From a virus (taxonomy: Duplodnaviria > Caudoviricetes), in IMG/VR virus record IMGVR_UViG_3300044638_006592, positions 1-63,613 of that record: a stretch of 63,613 bases of DNA; one strand, 5' to 3'. The notes under the pieces are model-generated. The model had not been told where the DNA came from, made no database searches, and saw only the letters and a list, made by a program, of their open reading frames with translations. Below, in pieces: positions 28,534-37,399 of the stretch. How positions within the stretch are numbered: the stretch's first letter is position 1; each line of letters starts with the position of its first letter. The translations under genes and the position numbers were made by a program.

Positions 28534-29318
28534 ATGCACCAGTAAGGTATTACGGAAGTAAAGGAGGTTTCTACAATAAGATTATTGAATTTTTTCCTAC
28601 TGATGGTTATGATAAATATATTGAACCTTTTGCGGGTACATTCATAGTAGGTTTAAAAAAACCAATCACAAAAATTGAAGTGTACAATGATATGGAGAAG
28701 AATGTATATTCTCTATATAAAGTAATATCGGATAAAGAATTGTTCCAACAATTTAAAGAAAAGTGTGATTTGGTTTTTTATTCTGAAGATATCAGGAAAG
28801 AATTTAAAGAAGAACTTAAAAAAGAATTATCCATAGTTGATAGAGCATTTTATTTCTTTTATGTGAATAGGACATCTCATAATGGAATTGGGGGATTCTC
28901 AATGAATACTCATGTAAGAAGAGGGATGAGTAAAGCGGTTTCAGATTTTCTATCGGCAATAGACAGACTACCTGAATTACATGACAGATTATCAAAAGTT
29001 ATTGTTACAAATACTGATGGTATTAAGTTAATTGAAAAATATAATAATCCAAATACATTACTATATTGTGACCCACCTTATGAACAGAGTACAAGAACTG
29101 GTGCAAGATATAACGTAGACATGGATAGAGAAGGACATGTTAATTTTTTAAATTCTGTAATCAATAGTAAATCAAAAATATTGATTAGTGGATATGATTG
29201 TGAATTATATGATACATTGATTGAGAATGGATTTACAAAACATCAATTTGATGTTAAAACAATTGATGGTAATTTTGAAAAGAAAACAAAAGTTGAAACT
29301 GTTTGGAAAAATTATTAA
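28530..29318 (+). CDS. DNA adenine methyltransferase (Dam/D12 class)
   Basis: YYGSKG, YIEPFAG, EVYND, YCDPPY, ETVWKNY. Confidence 0.9.
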   Translation: MNAPVRYYGSKGGFYNKIIEFFPTDGYDKYIEPFAGTFIVGLKKPITKIEVYNDMEKNVYSLYKVISDKELFQQFKEKCDLVFYSEDIRKEFKEELKKELSIVDRAFYFFYVNRTSHNGIGGFSMNTHVRRGMSKAVSDFLSAIDRLPELHDRLSKVIVTNTDGIKLIEKYNNPNTLLYCDPPYEQSTRTGARYNVDMDREGHVNFLNSVINSKSKILISGYDCELYDTLIENGFTKHQFDVKTIDGNFEKKTKVETVWKNY

Positions 29319-29338
29319 TATTATAAAAAAACAAAAAA

Positions 29339-30190
29339 ATGATTGAAAATTACGTTGGTAAAGTATTAAATGGTGATTGTATTGAGGTGATGTCAGAAAT
29401 ACCTGAGTCATCTGTACATTTGGTGGTTTGTAGTCCTCCATACAATGTTCAGATTCCTTATGACACCCACAAAGATGATTTACCTATGAGTGAATATTGG
29501 GATTGGACTGAGAAATGGTTAACACAGGTTTATCGACTACTAAAGGATGACGGTAGAGTTTCAATCAATATTCCTTATGAAGTAAATGTTCAAGAAAGGG
29601 GTGGTAGAGTATTTTTTGTGTCTGAATTTTATCAGGTAATGAAAAAAGTAGGTTTCAAGTTCTTTGGTATTATTGATTTGGAGGAAGATAGTCCACATAG
29701 AAGTAAGACTACAGCTTGGGGTTCTTGGATGAGTCCATCAAGTCCATATATATACAATCCAAAGGAATGTGTAATATTGGGTTATAAAAAACAACATGTA
29801 AAAATAGTTAAAGGTCAACCTCAATGGACTGGTGAGTTAGTTGAACAGGAAGATGGTAAGAAGAAAATGATATACAAGGAAGAAGATAAGAAAGACTTTA
29901 TGGAGTTAGTATTTGGACAATGGAAATACTTGAATGATAGTAGACCTTTAACTAAGGCAACTTTTAGTATGGACATTCCAACAAAAGCAATAAAGATATT
30001 AACATACAAAAACGATATTGTTCTTGACCCATTCGCAGGAAGTGGAACCAGTTTGGTTGCTGCTGAGATATTAGATAGACGATGGATTGGAATTGAGTTA
30101 TCACCAAACTATACGGAAGTTGCAAGAAAACGAGTCTCAACATTTAAATTAGAGAAACAACAATTAAATTTAGAATTTGAAAGAGGTTAA
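29339..30190 (+). CDS. DNA methyltransferase, N4/N6 beta class
   Basis: GDCIE, SPPYN, VLDPFAGSGT, WIGIELS. Confidence 0.9.
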   Translation: MIENYVGKVLNGDCIEVMSEIPESSVHLVVCSPPYNVQIPYDTHKDDLPMSEYWDWTEKWLTQVYRLLKDDGRVSINIPYEVNVQERGGRVFFVSEFYQVMKKVGFKFFGIIDLEEDSPHRSKTTAWGSWMSPSSPYIYNPKECVILGYKKQHVKIVKGQPQWTGELVEQEDGKKKMIYKEEDKKDFMELVFGQWKYLNDSRPLTKATFSMDIPTKAIKILTYKNDIVLDPFAGSGTSLVAAEILDRRWIGIELSPNYTEVARKRVSTFKLEKQQLNLEFERG

Positions 30191-30235
30191 CCAACCTCTT
30201 TTTTTATTTTATAGATATTTATAATAAAAAATCAA

Positions 30236-30613
30236 ATGTCTAATAAAATATTAATATCAGAAGAAGAAAAAAGTAGAATTTTAAATCTACACGAGAATTT
30301 CAAAACTAAAGGGATTTTAAATGAACAAGATGATGACCCACAGCATAGTTTTGTAAGAGGGGTTCAAAGATTCTTGAATGAAAAAATTAAAGCTGGGTTA
30401 ACCGTAGATGGGTTAACAGATAATAATATGAAATCAAAAACAGCACAAGCAATCGGTAAATACCAACAAAATTTGGGTGTTTATCCTGTAGATGGTGTTT
30501 GGGGTCCTGAAACTTGGTCAAAGATGACAAAAGAAGATAAAGAAAGATTAAAGGACCTTGTTGCTGAAGAAGGTGGATTAATTGACAGATTCCTTCGTTG
30601 GATTGGATTATAA
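30236..30613 (+). CDS. Peptidoglycan-binding-domain protein with ISEEEKSRIL leader
   Basis: VQRFLN...LTVDG...TAQAIGKYQ...VDGVWGPET. Confidence 0.7.
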   Translation: MSNKILISEEEKSRILNLHENFKTKGILNEQDDDPQHSFVRGVQRFLNEKIKAGLTVDGLTDNNMKSKTAQAIGKYQQNLGVYPVDGVWGPETWSKMTKEDKERLKDLVAEEGGLIDRFLRWIGL

Positions 30614-31695
30614 AAAAAATACTTATGAAAACAAAATCACTTAATGAGAATGAATTGAAAGAAAAAATCTTTCAAATCTATAAAGAGGAAGAAATAAAAA
30701 TATTCGAACAAAAATGGAATAGTTTATCTTCTGATGATAAAAAATTTGTTTTGGAGTTCTTAAAAGTTCTTCATCCTGAAAAATCTAAATTATTGAACGA
30801 AGCAAAATGGTATAATACTGTTGGAGATATTGCAGGTATATTTGACCCTACAGGAACTGTTGATTTGATAAATGGTATTAGTTATTGGAAACAAGGTGAC
30901 CATTTATTTGCTTTATTATCTTGGATTTCAGTAATTCCTTATGTTGGTGATGTGGTAGCTAAACCAGTAATTGGTGTTTTTAAAGCGGGAGGAATTATTG
31001 GTAAAGAATTTAAGGCTGCTATGGTTGCTGGTGATGCCGCTAAAATAGCATCAACGGCAAAACAATCAGGACCACTTAAAATATTTGTTGAGAGAGCTCC
31101 AATTTGGGGTGGTGAATTAATAAAAATGTTATCCGGATTTATAAATAAATTTCCAATAGTTAGACGTATCATTCCACTCATCGAAAATTATGTTAAATTA
31201 TTTAAAAGTGCTTCAGTTGAAATGAAGACCGCGAGTAAAGCAGGTAAAGAAGCGGAAGCGGTATTTAAAGGGTTTAGAGAGTTTGGTGGAGTTAAGAATA
31301 ATTGGTTGAAATATATGAAATCAAACGCACCTCTTTGGGAAAAATTAAATGCTGGCAGTTTTAGATTATTCGGAGGTAATCCGGCAACAAGGTCATTAAT
31401 GAGAAGAAGTAAGTGGTATTTAGGATTTTTGGATGCTGTTGGATTAGCGAATACTGTAGGTCCTGAAGAAGTTGAATCTAAAGTTCCTGATTTCGAAGCA
31501 AAACTTGATGAATACAATAGAAGTCCTCAAGCTCAAAGAAATATGGAACAAGACGTTGCAAGTTCAAAAGTTGAAGCGGTTCCACCTCCACCTACATCAA
31601 CAAGTACATCATCACCAATTCCAACTGACCCATTTACATTATTGGGTTCATTGTTTGGTGGTTCATCATCAGGTCTTGGTAAAGTTTTATCGTAA
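30598..31695 (+). CDS. Phage protein with pre-toxin TG-like hydrophobic segment
   Basis: DIAGIFDPTGTVDLING...LLSWISVIPYVGD; start probably MKTKSL near 30625. Confidence 0.5.
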   Translation: MDWIIKKILMKTKSLNENELKEKIFQIYKEEEIKIFEQKWNSLSSDDKKFVLEFLKVLHPEKSKLLNEAKWYNTVGDIAGIFDPTGTVDLINGISYWKQGDHLFALLSWISVIPYVGDVVAKPVIGVFKAGGIIGKEFKAAMVAGDAAKIASTAKQSGPLKIFVERAPIWGGELIKMLSGFINKFPIVRRIIPLIENYVKLFKSASVEMKTASKAGKEAEAVFKGFREFGGVKNNWLKYMKSNAPLWEKLNAGSFRLFGGNPATRSLMRRSKWYLGFLDAVGLANTVGPEEVESKVPDFEAKLDEYNRSPQAQRNMEQDVASSKVEAVPPPPTSTSTSSPIPTDPFTLLGSLFGGSSSGLGKVLS

Positions 31696-31697
31696 AT

Positions 31698-32048
31698 ATG
31701 AAATATCTTATAACGGAATCAAAAGTAAGGGAAATTGCGTTAAAATGGATGAATGATAATTTTAGTCCAGACCAATTGGAAATTGTTAAAAGTCCAAAAT
31801 ATCCTGACTCAATTTTTTACAGAAAAAATGGTCAAGTTGTTATGGAACAGGATTTAAAAAAGAAAAATTTTTACTTTCATTATGATGAAATTTGGTTATT
31901 TTTTGAATCGTTTTTTGGTATGAAATACTCTGAAATAGAACAACTTATGGAGATATGGTTGGAAGAGACCCTTAATTTAGAGGAATATACACCTATCAGT
32001 GAGTACGTAATCAATGGCATTGGTGGTTGGAAGAGACCCTTAATTTAA
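31698..32048 (+). CDS. MKYLITES-family protein whose 3' end is repeat 1 plus spacer 1 of CRISPR-like array 2
   Basis: Paralog of 15597..16148; LEETLNLEEYTP is encoded by the 36 bp repeat. Confidence 0.8.
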   Translation: MKYLITESKVREIALKWMNDNFSPDQLEIVKSPKYPDSIFYRKNGQVVMEQDLKKKNFYFHYDEIWLFFESFFGMKYSEIEQLMEIWLEETLNLEEYTPISEYVINGIGGWKRPLI

Positions 32049-32323
32049 AGGGATATACACCTAGATTATGGTTTTAGGTTGCCATCAGCTAGTTGGAAGA
32101 GACCCTTAATTTAAAGGGATATACACCTTTTCATAATAAATTCTATTTTATTGTTACGTTGGAAGAGACCCTTAATTTATAGGAATATACACCTCAATAC
32201 CGCGATAAAAATGGACGGACAGGTTGGAAAACACTCTCAATTTAGAGGGATATACACCCAATGATTCAGGTATATCGCAGATGTTTTAGTTTAAAAATAC
32301 TCTCAAATTAAAACAGAATCACC
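31958..32323 (+). CRISPR. CRISPR-like mini-array 2: 5 x 36 bp repeats plus one degenerate terminal repeat; spacers 32/30/30/29/30 bp
   Basis: GTTGGAAGAGACCCTTAATTTAAAGGGATATACACC-type repeats at 31958, 32026, 32092, 32158, 32223; degenerate copy 32289-32323; internal CCCTT/AAGGG stem. Confidence 0.85.
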
Positions 32324-32659
32324 TTCTCGAATACCTAATTTTTTACAGGTATTACCTTTCAATTCAAGTATGGTATCACCAGTTCCAAAATAGTTTGGAC
32401 AATCTTCAGTTTCACAAGGAGGACAATTATGGTGGATTTTTGTAATAACATTATCTTCAATAAAAATAATGTCTAATGGTATAATGCAGTTTTTCATCCA
32501 AAATGCGTGTTCACCTGAGTTCATCAAAAATAACATACCATTAAATGTGTTATCAAAGTTTTTACCCATCATACCTTTTGAGGTATCTTTTTGAGAAAAT
32601 ACAACTTTGACTTTGAATTTGTGATTTCCTATATTTATTAACATAACTATAAATATCAA
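32303..32659 (-). CDS. DUF192 family protein
   Basis: GMLF...FWMKNCIIPLDIIFI...ILELKGN...LGIREGD. Confidence 0.85.
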   Translation of the reverse strand: MIFIVMLINIGNHKFKVKVVFSQKDTSKGMMGKNFDNTFNGMLFLMNSGEHAFWMKNCIIPLDIIFIEDNVITKIHHNCPPCETEDCPNYFGTGDTILELKGNTCKKLGIREGDSVLI

Positions 32660-32662
32660 ACT

Positions 32663-33061
32663 ATGGATAACTTTAATAGGTCAGCAGGAATAATTGTAAA
32701 ATGTGGTGATGAGGTTTTGCTTTGTAAAAGAAGTGAAGACCAAACTTATGGTGGTGTTTGGAGTATTCCTAGTGGTCATCTAAATAAAGGTGAAGATGCT
32801 ATTGATGCCATGAAAAGAGAGTTCGAAGAAGAAACAAATCTTAAAGTTAATAAGAATCTTAAATTAATTAGTTTTATTCCAATGGGTAAAAGTCTTATGT
32901 ATGTTTACCTTATGAAAGTTAAAGAAAAGATATATCCTGACTTAGAAAATGCTGTTGATGGAATCGAACACTCTGAATGTGGTTGGTTCACATTTGATAA
33001 CATTCCTGAGTCAGTAAATGAAAAACTTAAAAAAGTTATTGAAATTTCATACAAGGATTGA
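32663..33061 (+). CDS. NUDIX hydrolase
   Basis: Nudix box GHLNKGEDAIDAMKREFEEETNL. Confidence 0.9.
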   Translation: MDNFNRSAGIIVKCGDEVLLCKRSEDQTYGGVWSIPSGHLNKGEDAIDAMKREFEEETNLKVNKNLKLISFIPMGKSLMYVYLMKVKEKIYPDLENAVDGIEHSECGWFTFDNIPESVNEKLKKVIEISYKD

Positions 33062-33191
33062 GTTTTTTTCAACTTTGTGTATATTTATATTCACAAACCA
33101 ATCCCCCTTCTTTATTGGTTAAATTATAAAACCCAAGTAAAAGTAAAATTTTATTTGGGTTTTTTGTTTTTCAGGAAAAATATTTGTATAT

Positions 33192-33644
33192 TTGTTGAGT
33201 ATGGGAAATAATATTCAAATAAAGAACAGAAAAGTTTCATTTGAATATGAGATTATTGAGACTTATACTGCCGGAATCGTACTTCAAGGAACTGAGGTTA
33301 AAATGATTAGGGAAGGTAAAGTATCAATGGTTGACAGTTATTGTTATTTTAGTGATGGTGAACTATTTGTTAAAAATTTATTAATAAACGAATCTAAATC
33401 TTTTTTCACTCACAAACCTGACAGAATTAAGAAACTTTTGTTGAAGAAACAAGAATTAGTTAAGATTGAGAATAAACTTGTTAAGGGATTAACGTTATTA
33501 CCATTCAAGTTATTCACGAATGAGAAAGGTGTAATAAAAATTGAGGTTGTATTAGGTAGAGGTAAAAAATTGTATGATAAGAGAGAGAGTTTGAAACTGA
33601 AAGATATAAAGAGAATACAAAATTGTCAACTAAAAATAAAATAA
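33192..33644 (+). CDS. smpB: SsrA-binding protein SmpB
   Basis: NRKVSFEY...AGIVLQGTEVKMIREGK...KLLLKKQE...GRGKKLYDKRE. Confidence 0.95.
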   Translation: MLSMGNNIQIKNRKVSFEYEIIETYTAGIVLQGTEVKMIREGKVSMVDSYCYFSDGELFVKNLLINESKSFFTHKPDRIKKLLLKKQELVKIENKLVKGLTLLPFKLFTNEKGVIKIEVVLGRGKKLYDKRESLKLKDIKRIQNCQLKIK

Positions 33645-33732
33645 CGGTGGCGATTGGCGAAGTAAAAGCCCTGCACTACCGTTAAAGTTTAACACGATGC
33701 TCAATGGCTTTTATTTTGCCAATTGCGTGTTA
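33642..33732. repeat. attC-like hairpin site, long variant (91 bp)
   Basis: TAAC-GGTG-GCGATTGGCGAAGTAAAAGCC...GGCTTTTATTTTGCCAATTGC-GT-GTTA; the three mismatches are all G.T on the + strand. Confidence 0.75.
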
Positions 33733-33826
33733 TCGGTTCGGTGCGGTTTATTTTGTTAATAACTTTATTTGGTGGTTACGATATTAATACGTATCTTTGT
33801 CGTATAAATAATTAAAACAAACAATT

Positions 33827-34279
33827 ATGGAAACATTCAATTTCAATGATGGTGGCAGAGAAGCCGCAGGTTACAAAGGGAAAACAGGCGATTGCGTTGC
33901 TCGTTCAATTGCCATTACCACAGGATTGCCTTATCAGCAGGTTTATGAAGCCTTAGCAAATGGTAACGCTACACAACGCAAAGGCAAAAGAGAAGGGAGT
34001 AAGGCAGGTGTAAGAACTGCTGCAAGAGGCATTAACACTAAGCGTAAATGGTTTGGTGATTATATGGCTTCTCTTGGATTTGTTTGGACACCAACAATGC
34101 TTATAGGTCAAGGCTGTAAAGTTCATTTAAAGGCAGATGAATTACCGATGGGTAAACTTATTGTAAATGTATCCAAACACTTTACAGCAGTTATTGATGG
34201 TGTTATAAATGACACTTACGATTGCAGTAGAGAAGGAACAAGATGTGTTTACGGATACTATAAATACATTGGCAAATGA
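33827..34279 (+). CDS. Cassette 1 hypothetical protein
   Basis: FNDGGR...GDCVARSIAI...KHFTAVIDGVINDTYDCS; higher GC than flanks; own TATCTTTG promoter. Confidence 0.7.
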   Translation: METFNFNDGGREAAGYKGKTGDCVARSIAITTGLPYQQVYEALANGNATQRKGKREGSKAGVRTAARGINTKRKWFGDYMASLGFVWTPTMLIGQGCKVHLKADELPMGKLIVNVSKHFTAVIDGVINDTYDCSREGTRCVYGYYKYIGK

Positions 34280-34361
34280 GAGTTGAAATAAACCTTACAG
34301 AAGAAGTTGCAAAAGCTATTCAAAAGAAAGCAGAAGCACAAAACTTAATAATTAAAAACGA

Positions 34362-35156
34362 ATGTTAAATAGAATTACTGAACAGCCATTTTACCAAACC
34401 CGTGTTAGTGGCAGTACTTTTGTGAACGCTGACTGCTTTGATGTTTTTCCTTTTATTGAGGACAAATCAATTGATGCTATTATTTGCGATTTACCTTATG
34501 GAACTACTAACTGTAAATGGGATTCTGTTTTGGATTTGAATAAACTTTGGGAACAATATAAACGAATACTAAAAGATAATGGAGTGGTAATTTTATTTGC
34601 ACAAACACCATTTGATAAAGTGCTTGGTTGCTCAAATTTGGAATGGTTAAAATACGAATGGATTTGGGAGAAAACACAAGCAACAGGATATTTTAATGCA
34701 AAGAAAATGCCTATGAAAGCACACGAAAATATTTTAGTATTTTACAATAAAACTCCAAAGTTTAACCCACAAAAAACAGAAGGACACAAGCCTGTAAACA
34801 CCTATACCAAGAAAGCAGAAGTTTGTAATAAAACAGAAGTGTATGGGAAAGTAAAACAAGATGTAAGTGGTGGTGGAGAAACTGACAGATACCCAAGAAG
34901 TGTGCAAGTTTTTTCTTCAGATAAACAGAAAACAAAACTTGATGGAACTATACATCCTACACAGAAGCCACTTGCTTTACTTGAAATGCTTGTAAAATCA
35001 TATACAAACGAAAGCGATATGGTATTGGATAACACAATGGGTTCAGGAACAACAAACTTGGCTTGTATCAAATTAAATCGCAAATCAATTGGTATCGAAA
35101 AGGAAAAACAATATTACGATGTCGCTGTTCGGAGGGCTTCGGAGTATTGCCACTAA
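34362..35156 (+). CDS. Cassette 2 DNA methyltransferase, N6/N4 beta class
   Basis: ICDLPYGTT, KYEWIWEK, HPTQKP, VLDNTMGSGTT; stop codon is the TAA of the next TAAC. Confidence 0.9.
   Translation: MLNRITEQPFYQTRVSGSTFVNADCFDVFPFIEDKSIDAIICDLPYGTTNCKWDSVLDLNKLWEQYKRILKDNGVVILFAQTPFDKVLGCSNLEWLKYEWIWEKTQATGYFNAKKMPMKAHENILVFYNKTPKFNPQKTEGHKPVNTYTKKAEVCNKTEVYGKVKQDVSGGGETDRYPRSVQVFSSDKQKTKLDGTIHPTQKPLALLEMLVKSYTNESDMVLDNTMGSGTTNLACIKLNRKSIGIEKEKQYYDVAVRRASEYCH
34380..34407. repeat. Right half of an attC-like site (left arm apparently deleted)
   Basis: GCCATTTTACCAAACCC-GT-GTTA followed by GTGGCAGTAC, complementary to the cassette end at 35144-35157. Confidence 0.6.
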
Positions 35157-35201
35157 CGTCCGATGATAAACAATCGTTTTAATGTTGTTTATCATTTGTT
35201 A
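35154..35201. repeat. attC-like hairpin site (48 bp)
   Basis: TAACGTCCGATGATAAACAATCGTTTTAATGTTGTTTATCATTTGTTA. Confidence 0.85.
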
Positions 35202-35312
35202 TGTGTAGGTGTGGTTAATTAAGGTAGAATGTTTAATCGGAGAACCGAACAAAAAATTTAAAAGAAAAAAGTGGGAATTTTAAATCTTAATATTTATATA
35301 TAAAAGAAAACA

Positions 35313-36164
35313 ATGAAAGATTTGAAAAAGTTTATTAAAACAACAATACGAGAATTTTTGAATGAGAATGACAATACTTTTAAGCTTAACTTAAATGATA
35401 AAAATTTATCTAAAGTTATTGAAAGAATTAGTAAAATTTATAATTGTTCTATTGAAGATATAAATAATGGTGAATGTGATAATTTTGCCGTAGAAGTTGC
35501 TGAATATTTTTTTGGGGAAGATACAACACAAACATTATTTTTTAGAGAATTAAATGGGTTCAAATTAGTTACCTATGGTGATTATTCTAAATTTGATGAT
35601 GAATTAGACCCTCATACTTGGATTTTTTATAATGGAAAACACTATGACTCAGAAACACCGAATGGTGTTGAATCATATTATGATTTACCAATTTATAAAA
35701 GACAATTTAAAGATAAAACATTAAATGAAACATACTCAGAAGATAAAGATGAAATTATAGAATTTCTCAATGATTTACCAGAAGAAATAACACTATATCG
35801 TGGTTTAATAGTACCAAAAGAAAAGAAAACTATAAATAAAAAATCATTAGGTGTTCATTGGTCATTGGATGAATATTTTGTTAAAAATATGTTTGAATAT
35901 GATACCTTTAGGATTTATGATAGAGAAGATTATAATTTATGGTTTATAGAAGCTGTTTTTAATAAATCAGATATTGATTTTGAAGGGACAATAGATAAAA
36001 GAATTATAAAAGATAGTGGTTTCTTTTGGGATGAACTAACTGGTGAGATGATACAAAATGATTCAGATGGAATAAAACAACACCCATATTCACATGAAAA
36101 TGAAATTTTGGTGAAACCAAACTCAACCCCAAAAATAATTAAAATAGAGAAAATAAAATTATAA
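35313..36164 (+). CDS. Cassette 3 two-domain hypothetical protein with phage-type leader
   Basis: MKDLKKFIKTTIREFLNE; ATATTTAT upstream; second domain ITLYRG...LGVHWS...ENEI resembles an ADP-ribosyltransferase-like R-S-E pattern. Confidence 0.65.
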   Translation: MKDLKKFIKTTIREFLNENDNTFKLNLNDKNLSKVIERISKIYNCSIEDINNGECDNFAVEVAEYFFGEDTTQTLFFRELNGFKLVTYGDYSKFDDELDPHTWIFYNGKHYDSETPNGVESYYDLPIYKRQFKDKTLNETYSEDKDEIIEFLNDLPEEITLYRGLIVPKEKKTINKKSLGVHWSLDEYFVKNMFEYDTFRIYDREDYNLWFIEAVFNKSDIDFEGTIDKRIIKDSGFFWDELTGEMIQNDSDGIKQHPYSHENEILVKPNSTPKIIKIEKIKL

Positions 36165-36234
36165 AAGTGGGTGGGTTTTCTTTTAAAATTTCAACCGAAA
36201 TGTTGATTAGAACGATGAACGGAACACTTACACA

Positions 36235-36282
36235 TAACGTCTGATGATAAACAATCGTTTTAATGTTGTTTATCATTTGTTA
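36235..36282. repeat. attC-like hairpin site (48 bp)
   Basis: Same 48-mer, TAACGTCTGATG...TTTGTTA. Confidence 0.85.
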
Positions 36283-36311
36283 TATTTAGTTTTTATTATT
36301 AAATTTAAATT

Positions 36312-36569
36312 ATGGAAAAATTAAATACATTTTTAATAGATAAGATATTTGAAAAAATTAATTCAGATGGACATAAAATATTAGAGGTTAAAGAAATTAT
36401 AGAATCAACAAAACAAAATAAAACATGTAAAGTTCATTTATTTAACGAAATATACCTTGAAACTAAAAAAGATGATTATCAGGAATTGATAAAAAGACAT
36501 TTTTCATTTTTGTTAGAAAACGAAGAATACGAACTTTGTAGTGAATTAAAAAAATTAAAATTAATATAA
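36312..36569 (+). CDS. Cassette 4 hypothetical protein
   Basis: C-terminal ENEEYELCSELK (UVR-like helix). Confidence 0.55.
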   Translation: MEKLNTFLIDKIFEKINSDGHKILEVKEIIESTKQNKTCKVHLFNEIYLETKKDDYQELIKRHFSFLLENEEYELCSELKKLKLI

Positions 36570-36573
36570 GATT

Positions 36574-36759
36574 ATGAAAAGATTACACGTAAAATTTATC
36601 AAATGGTTGTCCAATAAATTTGGTTATAAAATTGTGATGTTAAAAGGTAAAAATGGTACAACCACCATCGAAGGGAACAGAGAAGTTTTACCTTATGTGG
36701 ATATAACAGGATATTTCTTCAAAAAAGAACCACTTAGACGTAATGTTGGAAAAAATTGA
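36574..36759 (+). CDS. Cassette 4 hypothetical protein
   Basis: 61 aa ORF ending just before the next site. Confidence 0.5.
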   Translation: MKRLHVKFIKWLSNKFGYKIVMLKGKNGTTTIEGNREVLPYVDITGYFFKKEPLRRNVGKN

Positions 36760-36762
36760 ATA

Positions 36763-36810
36763 TAACGTCTGATGATAAACAATCGTTTTAATGTTGTTTA
36801 TCATTTGTTA
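36763..36810. repeat. attC-like hairpin site (48 bp)
   Basis: Same 48-mer. Confidence 0.85.
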
Positions 36811-36854
36811 GGTTTTGTCATTAATTTGTTTTACCTTTGTAAAAAATAATTATT

Positions 36855-37028
36855 ATGGAAAGAACATTTAATAGAAAAGAAGTTGAGGAAATGTGTAAAC
36901 AATCCTATATGAGAGGAATGAGTATTCAACACGACACAATGACAAAAAAGAAAATGAAACCACCAAAGGTTTTTGTTGAATGGGTAAAACAACTTATTGA
37001 TGAATGTCCAGTTGGTAAGTTTAAATAA
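36855..37028 (+). CDS. Cassette 5 57 aa protein (not in ORF track)
   Basis: MERTFNRKEVEEMCKQSY...CPVGKFK fills the cassette; TTTG...TACCTTTG promoter upstream. Confidence 0.6.
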   Translation: MERTFNRKEVEEMCKQSYMRGMSIQHDTMTKKKMKPPKVFVEWVKQLIDECPVGKFK

Positions 37029-37038
37029 AAATTGAATA

Positions 37039-37086
37039 TAACGTCCGATGATAAACAATCGTTTTAATGTTGTTTATCATTTGTTA
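37039..37086. repeat. attC-like hairpin site (48 bp)
   Basis: Same 48-mer. Confidence 0.85.
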
Positions 37087-37399
37087 GCACCAGTACGGTT
37101 AAATATTTTAAAAATTATTTGATGGTTTCATTTATTTTACTTACCTTCGCATCATAATAATTTTAAAACATAAAAAATATGAAAATGTTATCAGAATCAG
37201 TTAAAAGTACAAAATTTGTTGGTTTAGACAAATTAATGGAACATGGTTATTTACTTAATCAAGGTGTAAATAATAAGTTTTAAATTTAACCCAGAATGTG
37301 ATGCTAATATTGAAAAATATTTATCGCAAGATAAAATAAATGAAATAATTGGTGAAAACATTAAAAAAGATTTTATTAACTTTATAAAAAATAACTAAA

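Noticed and set aside
15597-32323. Diversity-generating retroelement as the source of the variable segments
   Set aside because: No reverse transcriptase in the window, and the spacers are unrelated sequences rather than adenine-mutated copies of a template
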